A stretch of DNA of 41,796 nt. Origin: Candidatus Saccharimonadota bacterium. Lineage in GTDB: Bacteria > Patescibacteriota > Saccharimonadia > Saccharimonadales > SZUA-47. A program made the translations under genes and the position numbers. Position 1 is the stretch's first letter. The number at the start of each line of letters is the position of its first letter. The DNA lies in the NCBI GenBank assembly GCA_043727115.1, contig JAYSZA010000007.1:1-41796 (forward strand), written 5' to 3'. Positions 19,880-28,130 of the stretch are shown here, piece by piece. The notes under the pieces were generated by a model. It did not search any database, had not been told where the DNA came from, and saw nothing but the letters and a program-made list of their open reading frames with translations.

Positions 19880-21109
19880 CTAGATATTTTTGACTATAAT
19901 TTTAGATTTTTCAGCTCGATAGAAAGAAGCTAATCCTACTAAAAGAAGGCTTCCTGTGATGGTGTAAAAAATCGATGCAGAGCCTGTTGATATCATGTTC
20001 CCAAAAACTATGACAACAAGTACATAGGGAATCTGTACGATGAACGCTAGTGTAGAAATCGCCGTCGCCCTGTCTTTAGACAGAACGTGCTCATTCAATA
20101 TAACTGATGCCCATAAATTTGATAGTCCGCCTGTTACTGTCAGAGTTCCGAATACAATTGCACCCAGCAACAAAGAATTAGATAAAAGCCCTGTTGCTAG
20201 CCATGCTAAACCAGAAAAAACTAACAAAAGCCCGTAACCCTTTAAGTCACCCAGACGGGTCCTAATATTATAGAATTTATATGATGCAAAAAACCCTATA
20301 ATTAAGGTTGCGGAAATCAAATAGCCGAGTGTTTGGCCGTCATATCCAAAATCTCTACCCATCAGTATGCGCACAATACCTGTGCCCCACATGAGAAAAG
20401 AACCGGATAACATAGTGAAGGAAAAAGTATATTTACGGAAATCACTCTTGAATAAATAGTAAAATCCACTTCTATTCTGTCGGATGAAGTTTTTTAGTGT
20501 AAATACTTCCGAATCAATCTTAGGCTCAATGAACCCAAAGCTAACCACCAATGCAATCACGAAGGCTATGGCAGAGAGTACCCAAGGCGCATAAACACTG
20601 TAGGTCCAAGCAAATCCACCTACCGCTGCTGCTACGACCATACTGAGAGTTGTTAGGCTGTGTGCTTTACCGATTACATCATCGAAATGTTTTTCTTTTT
20701 TGTTGACTAATAATGAATCGTAAACTAGCGCTTCCAGCGATCCACTTCTAAAAGCGAAGGATACTATCATCAATAGATTTGCAATGAATATGACCCAAAG
20801 CCCCCTAGACGCGAATAGAAAACCGACGGTTCCGATTATCAATAGTATATTACCCATAATTAATGTTTTCTTCTTGCCCAGTAAGTCTGCGATAGCGCCA
20901 GAAGGTATTTCAAATAATATACCTGCGCCAAAAGCTATAGATTCATAAATGGCGAACTCCCGGGCACTCATAAAAAACAGGATAAACAGTAGCCAGTTCG
21001 CTACTATAAACATCGCGTTCCCAAATACGGAGACCACGTAGAATAACAGCACGTTGCGTTCACCGTATGTCGGGAATCTCGTATGAAGAAATTTCGTAAT
21101 ATAGTTCAT
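19880..21109 (-). CDS. MFS transporter
   Basis: FEIPSGAIADLLGKK (motif A), SGSLEALVYDSL, RATAIS; about 12 TM; ATG 9 nt after TGT-TATACT. Confidence 0.9.
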   Translation of the reverse strand: MNYITKFLHTRFPTYGERNVLLFYVVSVFGNAMFIVANWLLFILFFMSAREFAIYESIAFGAGILFEIPSGAIADLLGKKKTLIMGNILLIIGTVGFLFASRGLWVIFIANLLMIVSFAFRSGSLEALVYDSLLVNKKEKHFDDVIGKAHSLTTLSMVVAAAVGGFAWTYSVYAPWVLSAIAFVIALVVSFGFIEPKIDSEVFTLKNFIRQNRSGFYYLFKSDFRKYTFSFTMLSGSFLMWGTGIVRILMGRDFGYDGQTLGYLISATLIIGFFASYKFYNIRTRLGDLKGYGLLLVFSGLAWLATGLLSNSLLLGAIVFGTLTVTGGLSNLWASVILNEHVLSKDRATAISTLAFIVQIPYVLVVIVFGNMISTGSASIFYTITGSLLLVGLASFYRAEKSKIIVKNI

Positions 21110-21134
21110 ATTATTCAAAGTATAACAGTAGTAG

Positions 21135-21233
21135 TTATTTGGCTACCTCTACTGGTTCTCCAGAAAGCGGAAGCAACGCCATACTACCATCTTCGTGACG
21201 CGTAACCTGAACTCTATCATTATTACAATACAC
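21135..21233 (-). CDS. Possible unannotated 32-aa small protein or gene remnant
   Basis: GTG start 7 nt after TATATT; translation (M)YCNNDRVQVTRHEDGSMALLPLSGEPVEVAK*; fills an otherwise unexplained gap. Confidence 0.3.
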   Translation of the reverse strand: MYCNNDRVQVTRHEDGSMALLPLSGEPVEVAK

Positions 21234-21301
21234 TACATTTAATATAGTTATGCAAGTATTTGAATTTTTATATTTGGTAATAAACAACTACAATTCTACC
21301 A

Positions 21302-21739
21302 ATGCCAACCACTAAAAAACTATCTTCTAAAATCATGATTGAAGCAAATCCCGAAGAAGTGTTCCGGGCTGTGACAAACTGGGAGTCACAAGCAAGGTGG
21401 GTCTTGGCAACAAAAGTGAAGGGTGTAGGAGAAGATTCGCACAGATTAGGTGGCAAAATTGAGGCTTTCACAGGATTTGGTAGATTTGGTTTTCTTGACA
21501 CAATGACTATTACCAAATGGGACCCGCCATACATATGCGAAGTCACTCATACAGGTAAGACCGTGAAGGGTTCTGGCGTTTTTGAAGTAGCAAGCGTAGA
21601 CGGAGTGACCTACTTTACATGGATTGAATATACTGAAGTACCCTTTGGTATTATTGGGCAAATTGGATGGGTGTTTGTTGCTCCAATGGCAAAGTTGGGA
21701 TTAATGCTTTCACTCAAACGATTCAAAAAGATGTTATAG
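21302..21739 (+). CDS. SRPBCC/START-fold protein
   Basis: I.A.PE.VF..VT.W, D.M.IT.WDPP, H.G..V.G.G.F. Confidence 0.85.
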   Translation: MPTTKKLSSKIMIEANPEEVFRAVTNWESQARWVLATKVKGVGEDSHRLGGKIEAFTGFGRFGFLDTMTITKWDPPYICEVTHTGKTVKGSGVFEVASVDGVTYFTWIEYTEVPFGIIGQIGWVFVAPMAKLGLMLSLKRFKKML

Positions 21740-21768
21740 GTTTAGCATGGACGGTAGGACGGAAAACC

Positions 21769-22347
21769 CTAATTACTATCTTCGTGGTATCTGCTAGATT
21801 CGTCTTCTCGTCCGGCTTTTAGAACTTTCGTCATCCAGATCAGTTCTGTCCATGCGCCTTTTATATATTCTCTATAGGCTTCGTTCAGCAGGACACCATC
21901 GTCATCAAAAAGTTCTTGAACTCTAGGAAACTGCATATCGGTGAATGTTGATACTAACCCCATCTCACGGACTGTTCCCACGAGTTGTTCAATCGCCCTA
22001 ACTCCGCCCCAGCCCCCTGAGGACACTCCAGCAAAGGCTACGGGCTTATGTATGTAGTTGCTCAGCTCACTATCTAGCATGCGCTTCAAACTACCCGGAA
22101 AACTATGATTGTATTCTGGAGTTACTATGAAAAATCCTTGCGCTCGCTCGGTAACCGCTGTATAGCGAGCATCTTTGCCTTCAGTATCATTGCCATCACC
22201 CGGAAAATCAAAATCTTTGGGGTCTATCACCTCTGTCTCAACTTCTTCGAAGGTATTTCCCACCTCGGCAACAAGCCTGGCTGCAAAGATACTCCTTCGT
22301 TGTTCACGAGTGGTTCCCGCGAGTACTGGAATATATAGTTTGGTCAT
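21769..22347 (-). CDS. NADPH-dependent FMN reductase (flavodoxin-like)
   Basis: GTTR..R.S, VTPEYNHSFPGSLK..LD, KPVAF.GVS.G.WGG.RA. Confidence 0.92.
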   Translation of the reverse strand: MTKLYIPVLAGTTREQRRSIFAARLVAEVGNTFEEVETEVIDPKDFDFPGDGNDTEGKDARYTAVTERAQGFFIVTPEYNHSFPGSLKRMLDSELSNYIHKPVAFAGVSSGGWGGVRAIEQLVGTVREMGLVSTFTDMQFPRVQELFDDDGVLLNEAYREYIKGAWTELIWMTKVLKAGREDESSRYHEDSN

Positions 22348-22367
22348 ACGTTTATACTAGCATGTTC

Positions 22368-22490
22368 ATTTGGCTAGGACGGTAGGATTCGCCCACGTTC
22401 CGCGGGCCCAGAACTTTCAAGCTTTGAACAAGTTCAAAATCTGAAAGATTCTCTTGCAAACTGCCACTGGCAGTTTTCACCTACGAATGC
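22368..22490 (-). repeat. Duplicated 3' part of tRNA-Gln, interrupted in the T-loop by an 87-nt structured insert
   Basis: 22368-22391 is identical to 22557-22580 (24 bp); 22479-22490 (acctacgaatgc) is identical to 22582-22593; the intervening 22392-22478 forms three hairpins. Confidence 0.85.
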
Positions 22491-22519
22491 TTTTCACTCG
22501 TAGATTAGATTCTACGAAT

Positions 22520-22565
22520 TAGCCAAATAAAAACACCCCACTTCAGGGGTGATTTTATTTGGCTA
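22520..22565 (-). terminator. Intrinsic terminator of tRNA-Gln
   Basis: CACCCC/GGGGTG core followed by a U-tract on the minus strand, extended by a 13-bp inverted repeat (22520-22532/22553-22565) that includes the tRNA 3' end. Confidence 0.8.
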
Positions 22566-22634
22566 GGACGGTAGGATTCGAACCTACGAATGCCAGTACC
22601 AAAAACTGGTGCCTTACCACTTGGCGACGTCCTA
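22560..22634 (-). tRNA. tRNA-Gln (anticodon TTG)
   Basis: TAGGACGTCGCCAAGTGGTAAGGCACCAGTTTTTGGTACTGGCATTCGTAGGTTCGAATCCTACCGTCCTAGCCA: 75-nt cloverleaf with GGTTCGAATCC and encoded CCA. Confidence 0.97.
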
Positions 22635-22853
22635 TCGTCGGCGTGTGATGATGCTTTTGCCACATTGCCGACAAAATAAATTTGCTCGTCAATGTTGGCA
22701 ATCTCATCAAGTCGCCTCCTCCCAATTTTGTGAATCCTCTCACGAAATTGAAATGCTACACAGAAATACTAGATGGGAGCCGAAGCCTATTTTACATGTT
22801 TATCTGTTAAAATTCCAGTTTTAGAGTTATAATTCAATGTATACTAAACACTT

Positions 22854-23804
22854 ATGGTACCTACATGGAAGCACGGAGTTGGCCTAGGGTTGATTATCAG
22901 CACCATACTCCTAGTAATTATAATCGTACGTAGGGGTGAAACCACACCAGTTACGGTCGAGCCCCCAATCACACAGTCAGAACCAGCGCCTGAACCGCCC
23001 AAGATAGTGGAATTACCTTTTGGAGGCACAAACTTAATGCCAACATACAGATTTGTGGCACTATACGGCAACCCTTCTTTTCGCTCATTAGGTTCGCTTG
23101 GCGAACAAAACCTAGAACAATCGATCATAAGAGCCAAGGAGCTCGCTTCCCAGTATCAAACACTATCTAAAGAAACTGTTATCCCAACATTCGAAATTAT
23201 CACAACTATTGCATCTGCCGGGTTAACGGAGAACAACGACTACTCACAAGAATTAGACGCCAATACGATTAAACCTTGGATTGATAGAGCAAAACAAGAA
23301 GGCATTTATATATTGCTGGATCTACAGCCAGGCAGGACAAGCTTTTCTGTCCAGGCAAAACAATACGAGTCTCTACTCGTAGAACCTCATGTTGGGCTTG
23401 CAGTTGACCCAGAATGGCGTCTACGGACAGACAAAGACCGCCATTTGGTCAGAATTGGCTCGGTATCGGTTAGCGAACTTAACGAAACAAGTGCCTGGCT
23501 TGCTGACCTAGTTAAAAGCAACAATCTCCCTCAAAAGCTTTTTCTGATACATCAGTTCAAGCTATCTATGATCACGAATCGCGAAACACTAGACACTAGT
23601 AGAGAGGAGTTGGCATATTCAATACATGTTGACGGATTTGGCAGACTATCATCCAAAACAGATACTTGGAACATCATAAAAACCAACCTACCCACCAACG
23701 TGTATTTAAGCTGGAAGAACTTTTTTGATGAAGATTTGCCGACTCCAACTCCTCTAGAGACAATGTCACAAGACCCAAAACCTTGGTTTGTCTCCTACCA
23801 ATAG
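22854..23804 (+). CDS. Membrane-anchored extracellular protein, possibly TIM-barrel glycoside-hydrolase-like
   Basis: N-terminal TM, Pro-rich linker, VALYG.P....LG.LGEQ, LLDLQPGR, VGLAVDPEW, HQF, HVDGFG, KNFFDED; resembles conserved actinobacterial lipoproteins (recognition by eye). Confidence 0.6.
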   Translation: MVPTWKHGVGLGLIISTILLVIIIVRRGETTPVTVEPPITQSEPAPEPPKIVELPFGGTNLMPTYRFVALYGNPSFRSLGSLGEQNLEQSIIRAKELASQYQTLSKETVIPTFEIITTIASAGLTENNDYSQELDANTIKPWIDRAKQEGIYILLDLQPGRTSFSVQAKQYESLLVEPHVGLAVDPEWRLRTDKDRHLVRIGSVSVSELNETSAWLADLVKSNNLPQKLFLIHQFKLSMITNRETLDTSREELAYSIHVDGFGRLSSKTDTWNIIKTNLPTNVYLSWKNFFDEDLPTPTPLETMSQDPKPWFVSYQ

Positions 23805-23898
23805 ACCAGTAGCGTGTGATAAATATCATATTTGTTTAGCACAAGCTGTTTGCTATAACTAAAACATAGTAGAGAACTAAAAGAAAAACGAGGGTAAA

Positions 23899-24894
23899 AT
23901 GGCAGAGCAGGATTCTTTGCAGTTTAGTAATCTATTTGCCGACGGGGGTGAACTACTGCGTAGAGTAGCTCAAGAAGAACCGGGTGTAGAAGTACGAACC
24001 ATGGCCATGGATAGTGAACTTGTTCGTGTCAGGGAAGACAGCTTTCAAATTAAGGGCCTAAAGGGAGGCAAATTCGAAATTCATGGTGTGTTTGTAGACG
24101 GCGCACAAATATGGAATCACCCAGACGCACTTGCCGAAGCTGAGGCGAATATTTTCTCTGTATATAATAACGAACCTGGTCCTACGCGACTTCTGAGACC
24201 TCTATTTGACAGAGCTCTAGCTGTTCGTTACGGTCTTCGGAAAGATATTGTAAACCACGGTATTCGTACACGCGTAAGTACTGACTCCGACGGTTCTATA
24301 CTAGACTACCAAACCGATGTCGTAGGTGTTCGAATAGACCCCATGACGCACAGACAATGTGGTGAGTTAATTGTGTCAAGTGCACACGGGCAAGTAGTCA
24401 GAGAAGCTAGCGCTGCTGTTATGCAGCATTTCGGATTCGAACAGGAGAATCTACTACAACTTCAAGACGACGAAGAACCAGGACAAGCATACGAACGAAT
24501 ATCTATCTTGTCACAGAATGCTTTTGCCAACTTAATAAATGCCACGTTTGCCGATAATGCTAATGGCCTAAAACAACCATGGATATATAAAGCGACAAGT
24601 CTACAGCGTAGCGGGTCGACTGTTGGCACCACAGCAGGTAGAACATTCTACACAGACCAACCACTTAATCATTTTCACATTCAAGGGCTTTATTGCAAAA
24701 TAAGCCCAGCGTTCAGAGAATTTGTTGCCTTGGCTACCCAGTCATTAGCTAGATATTATATGGCTGGGGGTTCTCCTGATGATGTGAATCAGGATGTCCT
24801 ACACAATCTTATAGCAAAAATAAACGATGGCTATAGAAACGAATCACTAATACAGGCCGAGTTGCAAGAGCAACGACTCCTTCAGGTTGCCTAG
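23899..24894 (+). CDS. Hypothetical protein with a possible HIT/GalT-like motif (HFHIQ)
   Basis: 331-aa ORF with TGC-TATAAC promoter-like site and GAGGG SD. Confidence 0.7.
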   Translation: MAEQDSLQFSNLFADGGELLRRVAQEEPGVEVRTMAMDSELVRVREDSFQIKGLKGGKFEIHGVFVDGAQIWNHPDALAEAEANIFSVYNNEPGPTRLLRPLFDRALAVRYGLRKDIVNHGIRTRVSTDSDGSILDYQTDVVGVRIDPMTHRQCGELIVSSAHGQVVREASAAVMQHFGFEQENLLQLQDDEEPGQAYERISILSQNAFANLINATFADNANGLKQPWIYKATSLQRSGSTVGTTAGRTFYTDQPLNHFHIQGLYCKISPAFREFVALATQSLARYYMAGGSPDDVNQDVLHNLIAKINDGYRNESLIQAELQEQRLLQVA

Positions 24895-25862
24895 ATTATC
24901 AGCATTGCATCGCCGAATGAATAGAAGCGGTATTTTTCAGCGATGGCGTGGTCATAAATTCTCTGTGATTCTGCTTCGCTTCCAATAAACGCTTCAATCA
25001 TTAGCAGTAGGCTCGTGCCAGGTAGATGAAAATTGGTGATCATACTATCGACTTTTTGGAATTCATATCCCGGCTGAATAAATATGTCTGTAGAACCACT
25101 CGTTTTGCCTGATACACTCCAGGATTCTAATGTACGCGTAGTTGTCGTTCCAACTGATGTGATGTGGGTAGCTTTTTCTAATTTCTTTTCAGTCTCTGGA
25201 TTGATTTCATAAGACTCGGCGTGCAGCTTTCCGGTTTCATAGTTTTCAGGCTGCAAACTAGCAAAAGTCCCTAAACCAACGTGTAATGTAACCTCCGAAA
25301 TATCATTTTTCTGATTAATTCTACTCATTAAATCATCGGTGAAGTGCAGTCCAGCAGTCGGAGCAGCCTTAGACCCAAGAGGCTTTGCATAAATCGTCTG
25401 GTATTCAGCTGCGAGTGTATCGTTTTGCGCTATATATGGTGGCAGCGGCACATGCTCTACTGCATGAAGTCTTTCGTCGTCGTGCTGGATGTTCAGTTTA
25501 ATTGTTCTTATGCCGTCCTTGTCTACAGATGTCGTCTCGACATTCAACCAATCGGTCAGCTGAGTTGACGCCCCGACCCTAAATTTCTTGCCAGGCCTAA
25601 CAAGCGCTCTGATAGTGTGCTGATCTAGCTTCTCAACTACAAACAACTCTGTTTTACCGTCGTCAAACAGCCACCGACAGTTTTCAACTTTAGAATTATT
25701 GACAACCAGAGTCGTATCGCTTCGTAGATAACTGGGTAAATCTCTGAATACTGTGTCGATAATTTGCTTTGTTTCGCGGTCGTATACTAATAGACGTGCA
25801 GAATCACGGGGATGAGCGGGCTCTTGGGCTATCAGCTCTTTAGGTAAATCAAAATTTATCAT
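24891..25862 (-). CDS. queA: S-adenosylmethionine:tRNA ribosyltransferase-isomerase
   Basis: FDLPKELIAQ.P..PRD.ARLL, VPLPPYI, YQT.YA, AAPTAGLHF, TLHVGLGTF, TNFHLP, YRFYSFGDAM; start set at MINFDLP. Confidence 0.97.
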   Translation of the reverse strand: MINFDLPKELIAQEPAHPRDSARLLVYDRETKQIIDTVFRDLPSYLRSDTTLVVNNSKVENCRWLFDDGKTELFVVEKLDQHTIRALVRPGKKFRVGASTQLTDWLNVETTSVDKDGIRTIKLNIQHDDERLHAVEHVPLPPYIAQNDTLAAEYQTIYAKPLGSKAAPTAGLHFTDDLMSRINQKNDISEVTLHVGLGTFASLQPENYETGKLHAESYEINPETEKKLEKATHITSVGTTTTRTLESWSVSGKTSGSTDIFIQPGYEFQKVDSMITNFHLPGTSLLLMIEAFIGSEAESQRIYDHAIAEKYRFYSFGDAMLII

Positions 25863-25899
25863 TCGTCTCTTTATAACAGATAGGGAGTATAATTGCATA

Positions 25900-25928
25900 T
25901 TGACTTATCTATGTATATGTGTTATCAT
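25900..25928 (+). promoter_or_regulatory. Sigma70 promoter of the 25935 ORF (leaderless-type)
   Basis: TTGACT-17 nt-TATCAT with TG extension; ATG 6 nt downstream. Confidence 0.7.
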
Positions 25929-25934
25929 TAATTA

Positions 25935-26237
25935 ATGAGCTTTAGTTTTCCAGGTGTTGAAACCACTAAGCAGATAATCGGTGAATACCCGTTGCGTAGA
26001 GTCGGCGATCAAGCTGGACTTTTCGACAAGTCTGATGCCACATATGGCAACCGGGCAGCGACGAATTTAGAAGTGCTTGAAGTTCTTGCGAAATTAGCAG
26101 GCGGGGATGTCTATATTACGAACCCAGTTAGCCAAGAAGGTCATGATTATAATTCAGCATTAAACAGAAACTACCACGGCCAGAAATGGGCTACTGATTT
26201 ATTCCTTCAAGCAGTTGTACTTGAACAACCTATCTAA
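25935..26237 (+). CDS. Hypothetical protein
   Basis: 100-aa ORF directly behind a consensus promoter. Confidence 0.65.
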   Translation: MSFSFPGVETTKQIIGEYPLRRVGDQAGLFDKSDATYGNRAATNLEVLEVLAKLAGGDVYITNPVSQEGHDYNSALNRNYHGQKWATDLFLQAVVLEQPI

Positions 26238-26251
26238 GCTATACTGGAGTT

Positions 26252-26758
26252 ATGAAATCAATAGTTCTTGGTGGTGGGTGTTTCTGGTGTATCGAAGCAA
26301 TATATCAGCAGGTTAGAGGTGTAGAAGAAGTTGTTTCAGGATATGCAGGTGGAAGCCTAGACAACCCTACATACGAGAATCACGGTAATCATGCAGAGGT
26401 CGTACAGCTTAGTTATGATGAAAATAAGATTACTCTAGATACAATTCTAGAAATATTTTTTTATGTTCATGACCCTACGACTTTGAACAGGCAAGGAAAT
26501 GATGTAGGAACTCAATACCGATCAATAATCCTGTGCGACGAATCTGAGGTTGAACTTGCAGAAAAGGCCAGGGAACGGGCAGGTGAACTTTGGGACGACC
26601 CAATCGTGACCGAGATTCAAGTGCTAGATAAATTTTTCGTTGCAGAGGATTATCATCAAGATTACTTCAATCAGAACCAGAACTCCGGCTACTGCCAAGT
26701 TATAATAAATCCAAAAATCGCAAAATTCCAATCCAAGTTTTCAGAATACCTCGTCTAA
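26252..26758 (+). CDS. msrA: Peptide-methionine (S)-S-oxide reductase
   Basis: GGGCFWC, SGYAGG, HAEVV, HDPTTLNRQGND.GTQYRS, AEDYHQDY, YC. Confidence 0.97.
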   Translation: MKSIVLGGGCFWCIEAIYQQVRGVEEVVSGYAGGSLDNPTYENHGNHAEVVQLSYDENKITLDTILEIFFYVHDPTTLNRQGNDVGTQYRSIILCDESEVELAEKARERAGELWDDPIVTEIQVLDKFFVAEDYHQDYFNQNQNSGYCQVIINPKIAKFQSKFSEYLV

Positions 26759-26788
26759 CTTCTATAATCCGTGAGATAATAGTCTGTA

Positions 26789-28072
26789 ATGGCACAGACG
26801 ATTTATGATTTAGTTGTAGTTGGTGGCGGTGCGTCCGGTATGATGACTGCTATTGTTTCAGCGCGTAATGGTGCAACCGTTGCTTTGATCGAGAAAAATA
26901 ACCAGTTAGGAGAAAAACTCCGTATCACAGGCGGTGGGCGTTGCAATATCACAAACGCCGAGTTTGATTTACGCACATTACTCAAGAACTACGGAAAAGC
27001 AGAGCAGTTTTTATACTCCGCTTTTACTGAGTATGGGGTGCAAGATACGATAGATTTTTTCAAACAACTTGGGCTTCCTGTCAAAATAGAAGCACATAAA
27101 CGAGCTTTCCCGGTTAGCGAAAAAGCTGAAGATGTCGTAAATGCCCTAATCCATGAACTGCACAAAAACAACGTAGATATTATAACCTCAAGTCCCGTGA
27201 CCAAAATAAACCACAGTAAAAATACTATATTTTCAATCACTTGCGGCAACAGAACAATCAAAGGCCGTAACTATGTCTTGGCAACCGGAGGAACATCGCG
27301 TCCAGAAACTGGTGCAACCGGCGACGGGTTTGGCTGGCTAGAATCACTCGGCCATTCTGTCAAAGCACCAACACCTAGTATTACTCCACTGAAATCAAAA
27401 GAGACGTGGGTCAAAAAGGTATCAGGCAATAGTGTCAAAGGAGCGCGTGTCACATTTTACTGCGACGGAATCAAGGCTTTCAGAATAGATGGCGATATAT
27501 TATTCACACATTTTGGAATATCTGGACCGATTATTCTGAGCAACGCCTACCGTGTCGCAGAACTATTAGAACAGGGAAATGTGACTGCCAAAATTGATTG
27601 TTTACCTGAAGTGGATTCTAAGCAGTTTGATGCTAGCGTCGTAGAGTTACTACACCAAAACGGCAGTAAACAAGTCAAAAACGTCTTGCGACTTATAGCA
27701 CCTGCTGGACTGGCTCATATGTTGACAGAGCTTTTGAACCTTAAGATAAATTTAGATACAAAATCAGGCGAGCTTAGCAAAAATGATAGAAAAATCCTGA
27801 TAGATTCAATAAAAGATTTGCCGTTGACGATTGACAGTTTAATGGGCGTAGAAAAAGCCGTGGTTGCCGACGGCGGAGTTAGTTTGAAGGAAATCGATAC
27901 CCGGACATTCAAATCAAACATCATTGATAATCTGTACGTTACCGGAGATTTATTAGACATAACTAGACCATCCGGCGGATATTCTTTGCAACTATGCTGG
28001 ACTAGTGGTTATATCGCCGGAAACTCAGCGAAGCTCTATAGCTCTCCAAATGACACCACACAAATACAATAA
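26789..28072 (+). CDS. HI0933/YhiN/BaiN-family flavoprotein
   Basis: GGGASG, G.KL.ITGGGRCN.TN, LATGG.S.P.TG.TGDG, LFTHFG.SGP, GGYSLQ..W.SG. Confidence 0.93.
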   Translation: MAQTIYDLVVVGGGASGMMTAIVSARNGATVALIEKNNQLGEKLRITGGGRCNITNAEFDLRTLLKNYGKAEQFLYSAFTEYGVQDTIDFFKQLGLPVKIEAHKRAFPVSEKAEDVVNALIHELHKNNVDIITSSPVTKINHSKNTIFSITCGNRTIKGRNYVLATGGTSRPETGATGDGFGWLESLGHSVKAPTPSITPLKSKETWVKKVSGNSVKGARVTFYCDGIKAFRIDGDILFTHFGISGPIILSNAYRVAELLEQGNVTAKIDCLPEVDSKQFDASVVELLHQNGSKQVKNVLRLIAPAGLAHMLTELLNLKINLDTKSGELSKNDRKILIDSIKDLPLTIDSLMGVEKAVVADGGVSLKEIDTRTFKSNIIDNLYVTGDLLDITRPSGGYSLQLCWTSGYIAGNSAKLYSSPNDTTQIQ

Positions 28073-28130
28073 CCCTTTTAAGTGAGCCGGCGATGCAAAG
28101 GATTCACCGATCACTTGCTACAATAAAGTT

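Noticed and set aside
21135-21160. TTATTTGGCTACCTCTACTGG as a tRNA 3'-end relic
   Set aside because: Only an AT-rich 11-nt match to the tRNA-Gln flank, with no T-loop (TTCGA). It is equally explained as the end of a small ORF.
22392-22478. Group I or bulge-helix-bulge tRNA intron
   Set aside because: Too short for a group I core, and the interrupted copy lacks the D and anticodon arms, so splicing could not yield a tRNA. An intact gene lies alongside.
19880-22560. Prophage or integrative element at tRNA-Gln
   Set aside because: No integrase, recombinase or phage genes; the duplicated tRNA end is under 200 bp from the tRNA.
22555-22824. 62-aa and 71-aa ORFs over the tRNA region
   Set aside because: They overlap the tRNA and its structured leader and have no protein features.
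28073-28116. SAM-II or preQ1-type pseudoknot riboswitch (loop CCTTT pairing with AAAGG)
   Set aside because: The linker is too short to span the stem, the ligand-binding consensus is absent, and no gene lies downstream on that strand.
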